DNA from: Verrucomicrobiia bacterium
GTDB lineage: Bacteria; Verrucomicrobiota; Verrucomicrobiia; Limisphaerales; SXQI01
Direction of reading: 5' to 3'
Assembly: GCA_036383895.1 (NCBI GenBank)
Contig: DASVNK010000030.1
Span: 116,490 to 180,489 of the forward strand
Length of the DNA stretch: 64,000 nt
Part shown: in pieces, positions 41,382 through 51,284 of the stretch
Position numbering within the stretch: the stretch's first letter is position 1
Layout: each line of letters begins with the position of its first letter
Made by a program: the position numbers and the translations under genes
Notes under the pieces: model-generated
The model's database searches: none
The model's input: only the letters and a program-made list of their open reading frames with translations
What the model was told of the DNA's origin: nothing

Positions 41382-43613
41382 ATGGACAAAACCGCAAGCG
41401 TCACCCCAGCGCAAACCGCTGCCCCTCCGTCCGCCATCGCCTCGGGTCTCAGCGATAAACTCGCTATTGACGTCAGCGCCGCATCGCTCGGCCTCTTCCG
41501 TTTTTTCTTCGGTGTGGTGATGTTGCTCGAGGCGATCTCAATCGTTCGACCCATGGCGAGCGCGGCGGGTTCGATTCCCTTGGAGACCTATTACACCTCG
41601 CCCGAAATTAGGTTTCACCTTCCCTACGCGGCGTTTACCTGGCTGCCCCTTTTCGCTCCCGGCGTCGTTAGGTTGATCGTTGGATTGCTCGGCGTTGCCA
41701 GTGCTGCCCTCGCCTTCGGCGTCGCGTCGCGAATCTCCGCTGCGGTCGTCTTCTTAACCTGGGGCTACCTCTACGCGGTTGAATCAACCCGCACTTATTG
41801 GATGAGCTACTACTATCTGGAATTGCTCGTCGCATTCCTGCTCATCTGGGTACCGGCCGGACACCGCTTTTCGATGCGCAATTTATTCGTCGATTCAAAC
41901 TCCAAAAAGAACGCTGCGCTGGCTCCGGTTACCGTGCCCTTCTGGTCGATTCTCCTGTTCCGCCTTCAACTCGTTATTACCTATTTCTACGCTGGCCTCG
42001 CGAAAATAAATGCGGATTGGCTCCTTGATGCACAACCCATCCGAAAATTCCTTGCCGACGCCTCTGTTGGTGCTCCGGCTGCTCTGCAGTCGATCTTCAA
42101 CCACGTTCCGTTCGCTTTTTTCCTGTCCTGGGCCGGCGCAATCTTCGATCTTTCCGTTGGATTTCTCCTCCTCGCGCGACGCACCCGCGTGCTCGGGATG
42201 CTGCTCTTGATCGTCTTCCATTCCACGAATCATCTCTTTCTCTTCGACGACATTGTTTGGTTTCCATTGCTCGGCGTGCTCAGCGCCACGATTTTCCTAA
42301 ATCCGGATTGGCCGGATCGCTTCTTGAAATGGCTGCGCAAACCGCATCTGACTAAGCCCGACCTCAAGTGGCTTGTTCCCGGTGCAATTCTTGTTCCCAT
42401 CCTCGGCGCTGCACTCGGTTGGAAATCCGCCGCTGCAGAACGCTTCCGCGCAACCTCCCCCATTTCAAAACTCTGCCTCTCACTTTTCATCGCTTGGATC
42501 GCCTTCCAGGTATTACTCCCGGCACGCCACCTCCTGATTCCCGGAGATGTTAGGATTACCTTCGAAGGCCTCAGCTTCAGTTGGCGCCTCAAAGCCGAAG
42601 TTTATCGGGTTGAGCCCGCGCAAATCATCATCGCTGACGAACAAATCATTTCAAAAACCGGAGGCGAGCACGTCATTCACTGGGATAAATGGTCGTCGGA
42701 CAAAACTCTCTTTCGTTTCGTCGATCGCGCCTCCATCGTCTGGACGAACCTTCCAGAAATCGTCGTCGTCCACGAACCGCTCTTGGGCGACCGGATCTTC
42801 TACAATCCCGTTTCGGCAGGACGTTCCCTCAACGAAGCAGAAGCTCGCGCGCGCATCACCCAAATTTGGCAGGAACGATTTGGACGTGCTCCGAGCGGCA
42901 TGGCGCGAACCTTCCCCGTCGCAGAAATCCTCCAGGGCTATGCGCGATCACTCCAAAATCGCGGAGCTTCCGCCGACCGATCCCCGCGCGAATTGCTGCG
43001 GAACATGTTCACCGATCCTAAGTTGTCCGCGCTCACCAGGCGCCTTCATCCTTTCGATTCCGAAGGTGCAAACAGCGCCGATTTGCCGTTTTTGATCATT
43101 GAAGACCCTCAACTGCTTAGAGCCAACCCGGCTGGGAAAACTGAAATCGTAGCGAATCTCTGGAAAACGGGCCCGGAACAGCAAGCTCCTGCCGAAAAGA
43201 TCCGTCATGAGGGAGGAACTCCAGTCTCGCGCTTCATGCTGAAGGATTCGACTTCCTCGGTCGAACTGCTCCCATACGCGGCTATCGTCACCTTCTCGAA
43301 CGCACCGAATTCTCCCGTCGTCGCATGGAACATGTTCAAAGATGCAACCCTCTCCAAAGCGATGCACATCAGCACCAACCCCTTCCTCTTGCAACGTTAC
43401 GCCCTGCGCGTTGCAAAACTCTGGCACGAAGCCTCCGGCCACACCCCCAAAGTGCACGCGCATACCGCAATTTCTTTCAATGGCCGCCCCCTCCAGCAGA
43501 GCGTTGACCCCGAAATCGACCTCGCCGCAGTCCAGCTCAATCACTTTACCCACAACCCCTGGATAAATGACCTTAAACAGGGACGAATTCCACCTGCCCA
43601 GGCACGGCGTTAA
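41382..43613 (+). CDS. full-length vitamin-K-dependent gamma-carboxylase homolog (HTTM domain plus lumenal-type domain)
   Basis: LGLFRFFFGVVMLLEA (human LGIFRFLFGFLMVLD). VPFWSILLFRLQLVITYFYAGLAKINADW (human [29 protein letters not shown], containing the catalytic Lys), with the Lys codon at 42003-42005. FSWRLKAEVYR (human YSWDMMVHSRS). C-terminal ISFNGRPLQQSVDPEIDLAAV (human [21 protein letters not shown]). 743 aa versus 758 aa in human. Confidence 0.8.
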   Translation: MDKTASVTPAQTAAPPSAIASGLSDKLAIDVSAASLGLFRFFFGVVMLLEAISIVRPMASAAGSIPLETYYTSPEIRFHLPYAAFTWLPLFAPGVVRLIVGLLGVASAALAFGVASRISAAVVFLTWGYLYAVESTRTYWMSYYYLELLVAFLLIWVPAGHRFSMRNLFVDSNSKKNAALAPVTVPFWSILLFRLQLVITYFYAGLAKINADWLLDAQPIRKFLADASVGAPAALQSIFNHVPFAFFLSWAGAIFDLSVGFLLLARRTRVLGMLLLIVFHSTNHLFLFDDIVWFPLLGVLSATIFLNPDWPDRFLKWLRKPHLTKPDLKWLVPGAILVPILGAALGWKSAAAERFRATSPISKLCLSLFIAWIAFQVLLPARHLLIPGDVRITFEGLSFSWRLKAEVYRVEPAQIIIADEQIISKTGGEHVIHWDKWSSDKTLFRFVDRASIVWTNLPEIVVVHEPLLGDRIFYNPVSAGRSLNEAEARARITQIWQERFGRAPSGMARTFPVAEILQGYARSLQNRGASADRSPRELLRNMFTDPKLSALTRRLHPFDSEGANSADLPFLIIEDPQLLRANPAGKTEIVANLWKTGPEQQAPAEKIRHEGGTPVSRFMLKDSTSSVELLPYAAIVTFSNAPNSPVVAWNMFKDATLSKAMHISTNPFLLQRYALRVAKLWHEASGHTPKVHAHTAISFNGRPLQQSVDPEIDLAAVQLNHFTHNPWINDLKQGRIPPAQARR

Positions 43614-43816
43614 AAATATCGGCGCTTTCAGGCGGGCGATTCAGCTACATGGAAGAAAACGGGGGCTTTCCGTTGTCGGCTTTGGCCAGGGCAAAAAAAA
43701 CGCGCTGGAATCTTTCGTCACATTTTCTTTGACATCTTTTATCAAAATTGCGAAAACAACTCTTACCCAAAACTGTTTCGCGGCCGAAGTGGCTGTGGGA
43801 CTAATAAGATACAACC

Positions 43817-46800
43817 ATGCATAGACTACCCTTAACAGGTGATCTGTCGTCTCGTACGAGACAGAAATCCGCTGTTGTCGGGTTGCTTGCCGCCACGCTT
43901 ATCGCTGGCGCAACAACTTCACAAGCGGGTACTGCCACGTTCGATTTCGAGACAGACCCTCTCGCTCAAGGACTCACCATCACCACCAGTCACGACGCTG
44001 CCTGGGTGACAACTGGCGGAAATCCAGGTGGATTTCTCGCTCTCACTTACTCCGAAAACAGCCAAAGCGGTGTTGTTACCTTCCCGGACATCGATGCGGG
44101 CAAACTCGTCAAAGCTTTCCGCTTTGAAGCAGATGTACGCGCTGGTAATTCGCAAGGAGATCGTCCTGCTGACGGCTTTGCTATCAGCTTCGCACGCTCA
44201 GGCGACCGCTTCTTCAACGACGGCAGCTTCGCTGTTGGTGGCCCACCAGAATTCGGGACTGAAACTGGTCTCGCCATTTGCTTCGATACTTGGGCTGGTA
44301 ACAACGAACTCCCTGGTGGCGATATCGAAGGCTTGATCGTCCGCGTCGATAACGTCTCGATCAGCAAAACGGATTTGCCGGTACGCAACGGTGCTTGCGA
44401 CGACCTGAACAGTTTGCAGACCGGTCTCCGTGATGCTGCATTCTGGACGGACTTTGCCGCCGACCCGGATAATAATTCGCCCCGCTCTCCAGCAGCTTGG
44501 GATACTCTCTGCTGGCAGAAGGTCGTCGCTGACCTCGACGAAACCGGCAAGCTGACCGTTACATGGAAAGGCCGAGCCGTTCTCTCTAACTTCCAGACGA
44601 CCTACTTCCCGAGCGCGAGCCGCCTCGTTCTCTCTGGCCGAACTGGTGGCGCTAATGAGCAGACCCACTTCGACAATATTAAACTCACCACGATTCCCGC
44701 CAGCCAGCCGATCTTGAGCCAGGCAAGCGGCGATGCGTGCGGGGTCAGCTTCCAGATAGCCGACGCCGGGGCGATTTCGGTGAATCAAAGTTCGGTCACG
44801 GTCACGATGAATGGAACTCCGGTCACTCCGAGTGTTTCGTATACCGCCCCGAACACCACGATCACAGTTACCCCGGCAACCCCGCTTCCGCTTGGTTCCA
44901 CCAACACGTTCGTGATTAACTACACCAGCACTGATGGAACACCTAGCGGCGCGTTAACACGCACCTATGTGGTGCCGGCGACCGCTCTGGTTCCTGCCGC
45001 AGCGGCAACCACGCAGTTCACAGCCGCCAGCAGTGGTTTCACCTACCGCATTCACCAACTTGCGACCGGTCGCGGTCCTGGTGACGCAAACTTCGTCGAA
45101 CAAGGTGAAAACCAGGCTGCTGGTGGATTCCTCGAAGTCAACGGAACCCCTCGCGCAAACGTTGCTGAACCTTCAGCCGCTAACGGTATCGTTGAACTGA
45201 TCAACTGGGAACAGAATGGCGGAGACCTCGCTGGTAATCCGGATAACTTCAACTCCGTCGAACCCGAAGCTGCTCCGCAGGCGAACTCGACGATTCCAGG
45301 CATCCCTGGTATTGAAGAAGTGCCCGATACCGACAACGTCGTCGCTGAAATCCTTACCTTCCTCGAATTAAAGAGGGGTTGCCATGTTCTCGGCGTAAAC
45401 AGTGACGACGGTTTCCTCGTCACTCTCGGTCACAGCCCATTCAGTCCCGTCCTCGGTCAGTTCAGTGGCGGTCGCGGTGCGTCCGATACAACCTTCCGCC
45501 TTTTCGTTGAGCAGGATGGTGTTTACCCAGTCCGACTCCTTTGGTGGGAAGGTGGCGGTGGCGCTAACGTTGAGTTCTTCAGCGTCGTCGGCACGAACAA
45601 ATACCTCATCAATGATCGCAGCCAGACCGCCGCGATCAAGGCTTACAGCCAGGGTAGCACCCCGGGCTACCTCGATTCACTCGCTCCTGCCAACAATTGG
45701 AACGGTGCGAATCCAACTGGCCCAGTGGTTGTTACCTTCACGAACGGTCTCACCAGCTTGAATCAAGCTTCGGTGATCCTGAACGTCGACGGCACAGTGG
45801 TCACCCCGGCTCCGCAAGTCAGCGGTGGCACCGTTACGTACCGTTTCGCTCCGACGACCCCATGGGCGTTCGGTTCGGCTCATACCGGAAGCGTTGTCTA
45901 TGCCTTCGGTGCAGGCACAACCGTAACTCAAGCCTTCCGCTTTGGCGTTCGCAGCCAAACTTTGGCTGACTTCGGCCCCGGCGGTTTCGCAATCGAAGCT
46001 GAACATTTCGACTACAACTCTGGCCAGCATATCACCACCGTCGACACCATGCCCTATATTGGCGACGAGTACGATACGCTCGGCGCTGTTCGCGATACTG
46101 ATTACCGCGCTCCGGATAACGGTCCGTTCAACGCCGCAGGCGGTCCGGATGGTTACGCCTATCGTACCGGTATCCCTGCCGAACCAGCTCCATCAGTGAA
46201 TCGCTTCGTTCCGATGGATGCTCAGACAGCAGCCGGAACGCTTGACACTACCCGTCCAGGCGGATGGGAAGTGACGACCAACTACAAGATCGGTTGGGTG
46301 GGTGACGAGTGGTATAACTATACCCGCGTCGTTACTAACGGTAATTACAAGATTATCGGTGTTCAGTCGCACGGCAACGCAGCGGGTGATCCAAATCGTC
46401 TCCGCGCGCGTTTCGGCGTCGTGCTGGCAGGCGCTGGCACTCCAACGCAAACTGTCGTCGAAGTCGGTTCTTATAGCCGTCCGGCCACAGGCGGATGGGG
46501 TGAAAACGCCATCTCTGTCGCTCAACAGGGTGGCCAGGACACCGTCATCAACTTTGGCGGCACAGCGGCTGGAACATCCACGCAGACCCTCCGGGTCTGG
46601 GCAGACGAAGGCGACTTCGACTGGTGGGCTCTGATTCCGACAACCGAACCGACACCCGCACCTTCGGTCACTTCTTCAAGCCCGCTTAACGGTGCTTACA
46701 CAGTAGCCGATGCGCTGACCTTCGGGATCACAGACGTCCTACGTCAGCACAAGATCAACCTCAGCTCTGTGGCCCTAACGGTGAACGGTGCGAATGTAAC

Positions 46801-47761
46801 TTCAGCCGCGCAAATCACCGATACAGCAGCTGGCGTTGACGTCCGATATGCACCGGCTGGTGGATTCGCTGCGAATACCTATAACTACACGCTCACGTTC
46901 ACTGACACGAGCGGAGCAACTCGCACTCATACGGGTAGCTTCATCTCGGTCAACAGCCCGAACGTGTTCGTGATTGAAGCGGAAGACCTGAACCATGGCA
47001 GCGGTCAGACCGTCGCCGCAGCGAGCACTATGCCGCTGCAACAGGGCCTCTATAACGGGTTGGGCGCTGTCGAGGGCGTTGATTACAACGTCATTGACGA
47101 CCAGGCGGGTGAGGCAACTTACCGCGTCGGTGAGACTGCAGGTGCCAACATCCCGATGAACGGTGGCGGCGATCCAGATCGCGGTCCATTCAACGTCACG
47201 CCGAGCTACAAGATCGGCTGGACCTCGGGCGGTGCTACACCGGAATGGTTCAACTACACCCGCACCTTCCCAGCGGGCACATACAACGTCTACGCTGCTC
47301 TCTCACACGGCGGCGGCGGACCAACCGCTGGTAGCCTGCAAACTGTTGCAGATGCTACCGTGACGAACCAGACGCTCACCGAGCAAGGTACGTTCAACAT
47401 CGCCGGCGGTACGGGTGGATGGGGTGTTAATCGCCTCGTTCCGCTCATCTCTGGCGGTAACCTCGCCAGCGTTTCGCTCAGCGGTACCCAAACCGTGCGC
47501 ATGACCATGGCGTCGGACGCGGACTTCGATTACCTGTTGTTCGTCCCGGCTGGCGGACCTCCCCCGGGTGCTACGATCACCAGCGTCACCCGTTCTGGTG
47601 GCAACATCACGATCAACTGGACCGGTGGCGGTCGCCTCTTCTCAGCCCCTGCGCTGAACGCGGATGGAAGCGCCACATGGACTCTGGTCGCGGGTCAAAC
47701 TGCGACCTCTGCAACGGTGCCAGTATCAGGCAACGCGCAGTTCTTCATGGTCCGTCCATAG
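43817..47761 (+). CDS. 1314-aa secreted protein: L-type-lectin-like, Ig-like, PA14-like and two CBM6/35-like modules
   Basis: Signal peptide. DRPADGFAISFARSGD resembles the legume-lectin ADG(F/L)AF motif. GFLVTLG...TTFRLFVEQDGVYPVRLLWWEGGGGANVEFFSV is PA14-like. FAIEAEHFDYNSGQ and FVIEAEDLNHGSGQ begin two CBM6-like beta-sandwiches. C-terminal ~67 aa end in AQFFMVRP. Confidence 0.7.
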   Translation: MHRLPLTGDLSSRTRQKSAVVGLLAATLIAGATTSQAGTATFDFETDPLAQGLTITTSHDAAWVTTGGNPGGFLALTYSENSQSGVVTFPDIDAGKLVKAFRFEADVRAGNSQGDRPADGFAISFARSGDRFFNDGSFAVGGPPEFGTETGLAICFDTWAGNNELPGGDIEGLIVRVDNVSISKTDLPVRNGACDDLNSLQTGLRDAAFWTDFAADPDNNSPRSPAAWDTLCWQKVVADLDETGKLTVTWKGRAVLSNFQTTYFPSASRLVLSGRTGGANEQTHFDNIKLTTIPASQPILSQASGDACGVSFQIADAGAISVNQSSVTVTMNGTPVTPSVSYTAPNTTITVTPATPLPLGSTNTFVINYTSTDGTPSGALTRTYVVPATALVPAAAATTQFTAASSGFTYRIHQLATGRGPGDANFVEQGENQAAGGFLEVNGTPRANVAEPSAANGIVELINWEQNGGDLAGNPDNFNSVEPEAAPQANSTIPGIPGIEEVPDTDNVVAEILTFLELKRGCHVLGVNSDDGFLVTLGHSPFSPVLGQFSGGRGASDTTFRLFVEQDGVYPVRLLWWEGGGGANVEFFSVVGTNKYLINDRSQTAAIKAYSQGSTPGYLDSLAPANNWNGANPTGPVVVTFTNGLTSLNQASVILNVDGTVVTPAPQVSGGTVTYRFAPTTPWAFGSAHTGSVVYAFGAGTTVTQAFRFGVRSQTLADFGPGGFAIEAEHFDYNSGQHITTVDTMPYIGDEYDTLGAVRDTDYRAPDNGPFNAAGGPDGYAYRTGIPAEPAPSVNRFVPMDAQTAAGTLDTTRPGGWEVTTNYKIGWVGDEWYNYTRVVTNGNYKIIGVQSHGNAAGDPNRLRARFGVVLAGAGTPTQTVVEVGSYSRPATGGWGENAISVAQQGGQDTVINFGGTAAGTSTQTLRVWADEGDFDWWALIPTTEPTPAPSVTSSSPLNGAYTVADALTFGITDVLRQHKINLSSVALTVNGANVTSAAQITDTAAGVDVRYAPAGGFAANTYNYTLTFTDTSGATRTHTGSFISVNSPNVFVIEAEDLNHGSGQTVAAASTMPLQQGLYNGLGAVEGVDYNVIDDQAGEATYRVGETAGANIPMNGGGDPDRGPFNVTPSYKIGWTSGGATPEWFNYTRTFPAGTYNVYAALSHGGGGPTAGSLQTVADATVTNQTLTEQGTFNIAGGTGGWGVNRLVPLISGGNLASVSLSGTQTVRMTMASDADFDYLLFVPAGGPPPGATITSVTRSGGNITINWTGGGRLFSAPALNADGSATWTLVAGQTATSATVPVSGNAQFFMVRP

Positions 47762-47783
47762 TTCGTAGTAACTAGAATTCGCA

Positions 47784-47815
47784 GGGCCGGAGGTTCGCCT
47801 CCGGCCCTTTTTCTT
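47784..47815 (+). terminator. rho-independent terminator
   Basis: GGGCCGGAGG (47784-47793), TTCG loop, CCTCCGGCCC (47798-47807), then TTTTTCTTTT. Confidence 0.85.
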
Positions 47816-47856
47816 TTGAGCAGTGACTCCGACTATGCGACCTTCCACTCACTGCG

Positions 47857-50800
47857 ATGTGTCCTCAGCCTTTTCTCAACAGGTTCCTTCTCGCAGTCTG
47901 CTCGTGCATTCTCGTCGGTAGCGGATTTGCGGCAGAGTCATGGAAGCAACGCGCAGGTTTCCGTTCTCTTTCCATCTCACCGGCAGAGTCTCCAAAACCC
48001 GGCTTCACACTTACCAGCGGTCAAGGTTCCATCGCCTTCACAAACGCTCTCTCCGAAACACGCCACCTCACCAACCAGATTCTCCTGAACGGCTCCGGCG
48101 TCGCTGCTGGCGACATTAACAACGATGGGCTCACCGATCTCTATTTTTGCGGTCTCGACTCACCCAATGCCCTCTTCAAGAATCTCGGTAACTGGCGCTT
48201 CGAAGAAATCGCTGCTTCCTCCGGCGTGGATTGTTCCGATCTTCTCGCCACCGGTTGCGCGCTCGCGGATTTGGATGGCGACTCCGACCTCGATCTGCTC
48301 GTCAATTCAGTAGGGCAGGGCACGCACCTCTTCTACAACGACGGCCAGGGAAAATTCACAAAGGGTCCAGTCCTGAACCAAAACCTCGGCGGCATGTCTT
48401 CCGCCCTGGGCGATCTCGACGGCGATGGCTACCTCGATCTTTATATCGCTAACTACCGCACGCTCGGTTTGATGGATATTCCGAACGCTCGCGCCACCTT
48501 CAAAACCGTCAACGGGAAATCTTACGTCGAAACCTTCAACGGCCGCCCCACCACTTCCCCGGATCTCACCAATCGCTTTTCCGTTGGCGGCGGCATCGAA
48601 GAAAATGGCGAACCCGATCTCATCGCCCGTAATCAAAGCGGCACAAATTTCACCGCAATTCCCGCGACTTCGTTTTTCGATTCCGCAGGCAACCCGTTGC
48701 CGACAGAATTCTTCGATTGGGGCCTCGCCGTCGCCATCCGCGACATCAACGGTGACTCGCTCCCCGACATTTACGTCTGCAACGATTTTCAATCCGAGGA
48801 TCGCCTCTGGCTCAATCAGGGTTCCGGCAAGTTCCGCCTCGCGCCACCGCTCACTCAACGCAAAACCAGCCTCTTCTCCATGTCCGTGGATTTTGCTGAC
48901 ATCAACCGCGACGGTCACGACGATTTCCTCCTCGCCGACATGCTCAGCCGCGAGCACTCGCAGCGCATGCGCGATCTTCCGGACGCACCACCGCCCTATA
49001 ACATCGGCGAGTTCGGCAACCGCCCTCAGTACAGCATCAACACCCTCTTCCTCAATCGCGGCGACAACACCTTCTCCGAAATCGCTCAACTCAGCCGCAT
49101 CCACGCGACCGACTGGACCTGGTCCTGCATCTTCATCGACGTCGACCTCGATGGTTGGGAGGACATCCTTTTCTCCAACGGCATGGAACGCGCCGCACGC
49201 GACCTCGATGTCGCCGATCGCATGAAAACGCTGCGCGCCACCCGCCGCATGTCGGACGCCGAGATTTTTCGCGCCCGCAAAGCGTTTCCCCGACTGGCCC
49301 CGCCGAACCTCGCTTTCCGAAACAAACGCGACCTCACCTTCGAGGACGCCAGCGCCCAATGGAACTTCAACCTCGCCGGTGTTTCGCACGGCATGGCGCT
49401 AGCAGATCTCGATAACGACGGCGACCTCGACGTCGCAGTCAACAACCTGAATGCCCCCGCCGCGATCTACCGCAATGACACCTCCGCGCCGCGCGTCGCT
49501 GTCCGGCTCAAAGGCACCTCTCCAAACACCCGCGGCATTGGCGCAAGAATCACCGTCCGAGCCGAAGGCCTCCCAACCCAATCACAAGAAATGATGGCCG
49601 GTGGTCGCTATCTTTCCTCGGATGATCCGATTCGCACCTTCGCCGCCGGTTCCGCTCGGTCCGTCGAGATTGCCGTGCGCTGGCGCGACGGTTCACAATC
49701 CCGCCTCACCAATTTGCCTCCGAACCACATTTACGAGATTGATCAATCATCCGCTCGCACGCTCGCCAATTCGCAGCCGCAATCCACAAATGCGCCCCCA
49801 CTGTTCGAAGACGTTTCGCACCTCCTGAATCACTCGGTTCCAGAGCAAGGCTACGACGATTTCGCCCGCCAACCCCTCCTCCCACGCAAGCTCAGCCAAA
49901 ACGGCCCGCCCATCGCCTGGCTTGATTGGAACAATGACGGCTGGCCAGATCTCGTCGTTGGCGCTCCCAAAAATGGAACGCTCGCTCTCTTCCTGAACAA
50001 CAGAACCGGCGGTTTTACCCGCGCCTCCGAAGCTCAATACAACGGTCCCGTTAAGCGCGATATCGTGTCACTTGTCCCATTCGTTTCAGAAGGGAAGCCC
50101 ATGCTGCTGGCCGCGCTTTCAAATTACGAAGACGCTCTCGCCTACAGCCCCGCCGTGCTCGCTTTTTCACCTGGAGCTACCTCCGCTTCAGAAATCGCTC
50201 CCGCCTGGGAAGCCTCTGCTGGTCCCATGGCTCTCGCCGATATCGATTCTGACGGCGACCAGGATTTATTTGTCGGCGGTATGGTGATTCCTGGCCGTTA
50301 TCCGGCCGCAGCGTCTTCACGCCTCTTCAAAAGCGAAAACGGAAAATTCGTCCTCTACCCTACTGAATCCGCCTTAACCAACCTGGCGCTCGTCACGGGC
50401 GCAGCCTTCGCCGATCTCGATTCCGACAAGGACCTCGATCTCATCCTGGCGTGCGAGTGGTCGCCGGTCCGTATTCTCATCAACAACAACGGCAAGTTCG
50501 TCGATGCCACTGATCGCCTGGGCCTCAACAATCACAAAGGGCTCTGGCAAGGCGTCGCAACCGGCGACTTCGACAAAGACGGCCGCATCGATTTCGTCGC
50601 CAGCAACTGGGGCCGCAATTCAAAATACCAGAACTCCCCGTCGCATCCCGCGCGGCTTTATTATGGCGACTTCGACGATGACGGCACCTTCGACATTATT
50701 GAATCGCATTTCGAACCTTCGCTTGCCAAGGATGTCCCGGACCGCCAGCGCAATGTCCTCGGCTCCTCGCTCAGCTTCATCAACGACCGTTTCCGCACCC

Positions 50801-51273
50801 ACGCCGCCTATAGCAAAGCCAGCGTCGACGAAATCCTCGGCGAAGCCCGCAATCGCGCCGCCGTCGCCGAAGCAAACCATTTCGAAACCACCGTTTTTCT
50901 GAACCGCGGTGATCGGTTCGAAGCGCGCCCTTTGCCCGTCGAAGCGCAGTTCGCCCCCGCCTTTGGCGTCTGCGTCGGCGACTTCGATGACGACTCAAAC
51001 CTCGACATTGTCCTCGCTCAAAATTTCTTCGCGGTCACACCGGAAACACCGCGCCACGACGCCGGCCGCTCTCTTCTCCTGCGTGGCGATGGCAAAGGAG
51101 ATTTCACTGCACTCGCCGGCCATGTGAGCGGTTTACTCGTTTACGGCGAGCAACGCAGCGTCGCGAGCGCTGATTTCGACAAGGACGGTCGGCTCGATCT
51201 CGCCATCACCCAAAACGGTGGAGAGGTAAAACTCTTCCGCAATCGCACTGTGAAGCCCGAGGCTAATCAGTAG
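47857..51273 (+). CDS. CRTAC1-family protein (FG-GAP/VCBS repeats plus two ASPIC/UnbV domains)
   Basis: Repeated DxDxDGxxD FG-GAP calcium loops (GDINNDGLTDLY, ADLDGDSDLDLL, GDLDGDGYLDLY, ADLDNDGDLDVA, ...). UnbV_ASPIC pattern NTRGIGARITVRAEG..QSQEMMAGGRYLSSDDPIRTF. 1138 aa with a signal peptide. Confidence 0.85.
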   Translation: MCPQPFLNRFLLAVCSCILVGSGFAAESWKQRAGFRSLSISPAESPKPGFTLTSGQGSIAFTNALSETRHLTNQILLNGSGVAAGDINNDGLTDLYFCGLDSPNALFKNLGNWRFEEIAASSGVDCSDLLATGCALADLDGDSDLDLLVNSVGQGTHLFYNDGQGKFTKGPVLNQNLGGMSSALGDLDGDGYLDLYIANYRTLGLMDIPNARATFKTVNGKSYVETFNGRPTTSPDLTNRFSVGGGIEENGEPDLIARNQSGTNFTAIPATSFFDSAGNPLPTEFFDWGLAVAIRDINGDSLPDIYVCNDFQSEDRLWLNQGSGKFRLAPPLTQRKTSLFSMSVDFADINRDGHDDFLLADMLSREHSQRMRDLPDAPPPYNIGEFGNRPQYSINTLFLNRGDNTFSEIAQLSRIHATDWTWSCIFIDVDLDGWEDILFSNGMERAARDLDVADRMKTLRATRRMSDAEIFRARKAFPRLAPPNLAFRNKRDLTFEDASAQWNFNLAGVSHGMALADLDNDGDLDVAVNNLNAPAAIYRNDTSAPRVAVRLKGTSPNTRGIGARITVRAEGLPTQSQEMMAGGRYLSSDDPIRTFAAGSARSVEIAVRWRDGSQSRLTNLPPNHIYEIDQSSARTLANSQPQSTNAPPLFEDVSHLLNHSVPEQGYDDFARQPLLPRKLSQNGPPIAWLDWNNDGWPDLVVGAPKNGTLALFLNNRTGGFTRASEAQYNGPVKRDIVSLVPFVSEGKPMLLAALSNYEDALAYSPAVLAFSPGATSASEIAPAWEASAGPMALADIDSDGDQDLFVGGMVIPGRYPAAASSRLFKSENGKFVLYPTESALTNLALVTGAAFADLDSDKDLDLILACEWSPVRILINNNGKFVDATDRLGLNNHKGLWQGVATGDFDKDGRIDFVASNWGRNSKYQNSPSHPARLYYGDFDDDGTFDIIESHFEPSLAKDVPDRQRNVLGSSLSFINDRFRTHAAYSKASVDEILGEARNRAAVAEANHFETTVFLNRGDRFEARPLPVEAQFAPAFGVCVGDFDDDSNLDIVLAQNFFAVTPETPRHDAGRSLLLRGDGKGDFTALAGHVSGLLVYGEQRSVASADFDKDGRLDLAITQNGGEVKLFRNRTVKPEANQ

Positions 51274-51284
51274 TTTTCCGCCGC

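Noticed and set aside
48307-49389. 360-aa ORF on the minus strand
   Set aside because: It is antisense to the CRTAC1-like gene, whose FG-GAP calcium loops are unmistakable on the plus strand. This is a mirror-frame artefact.
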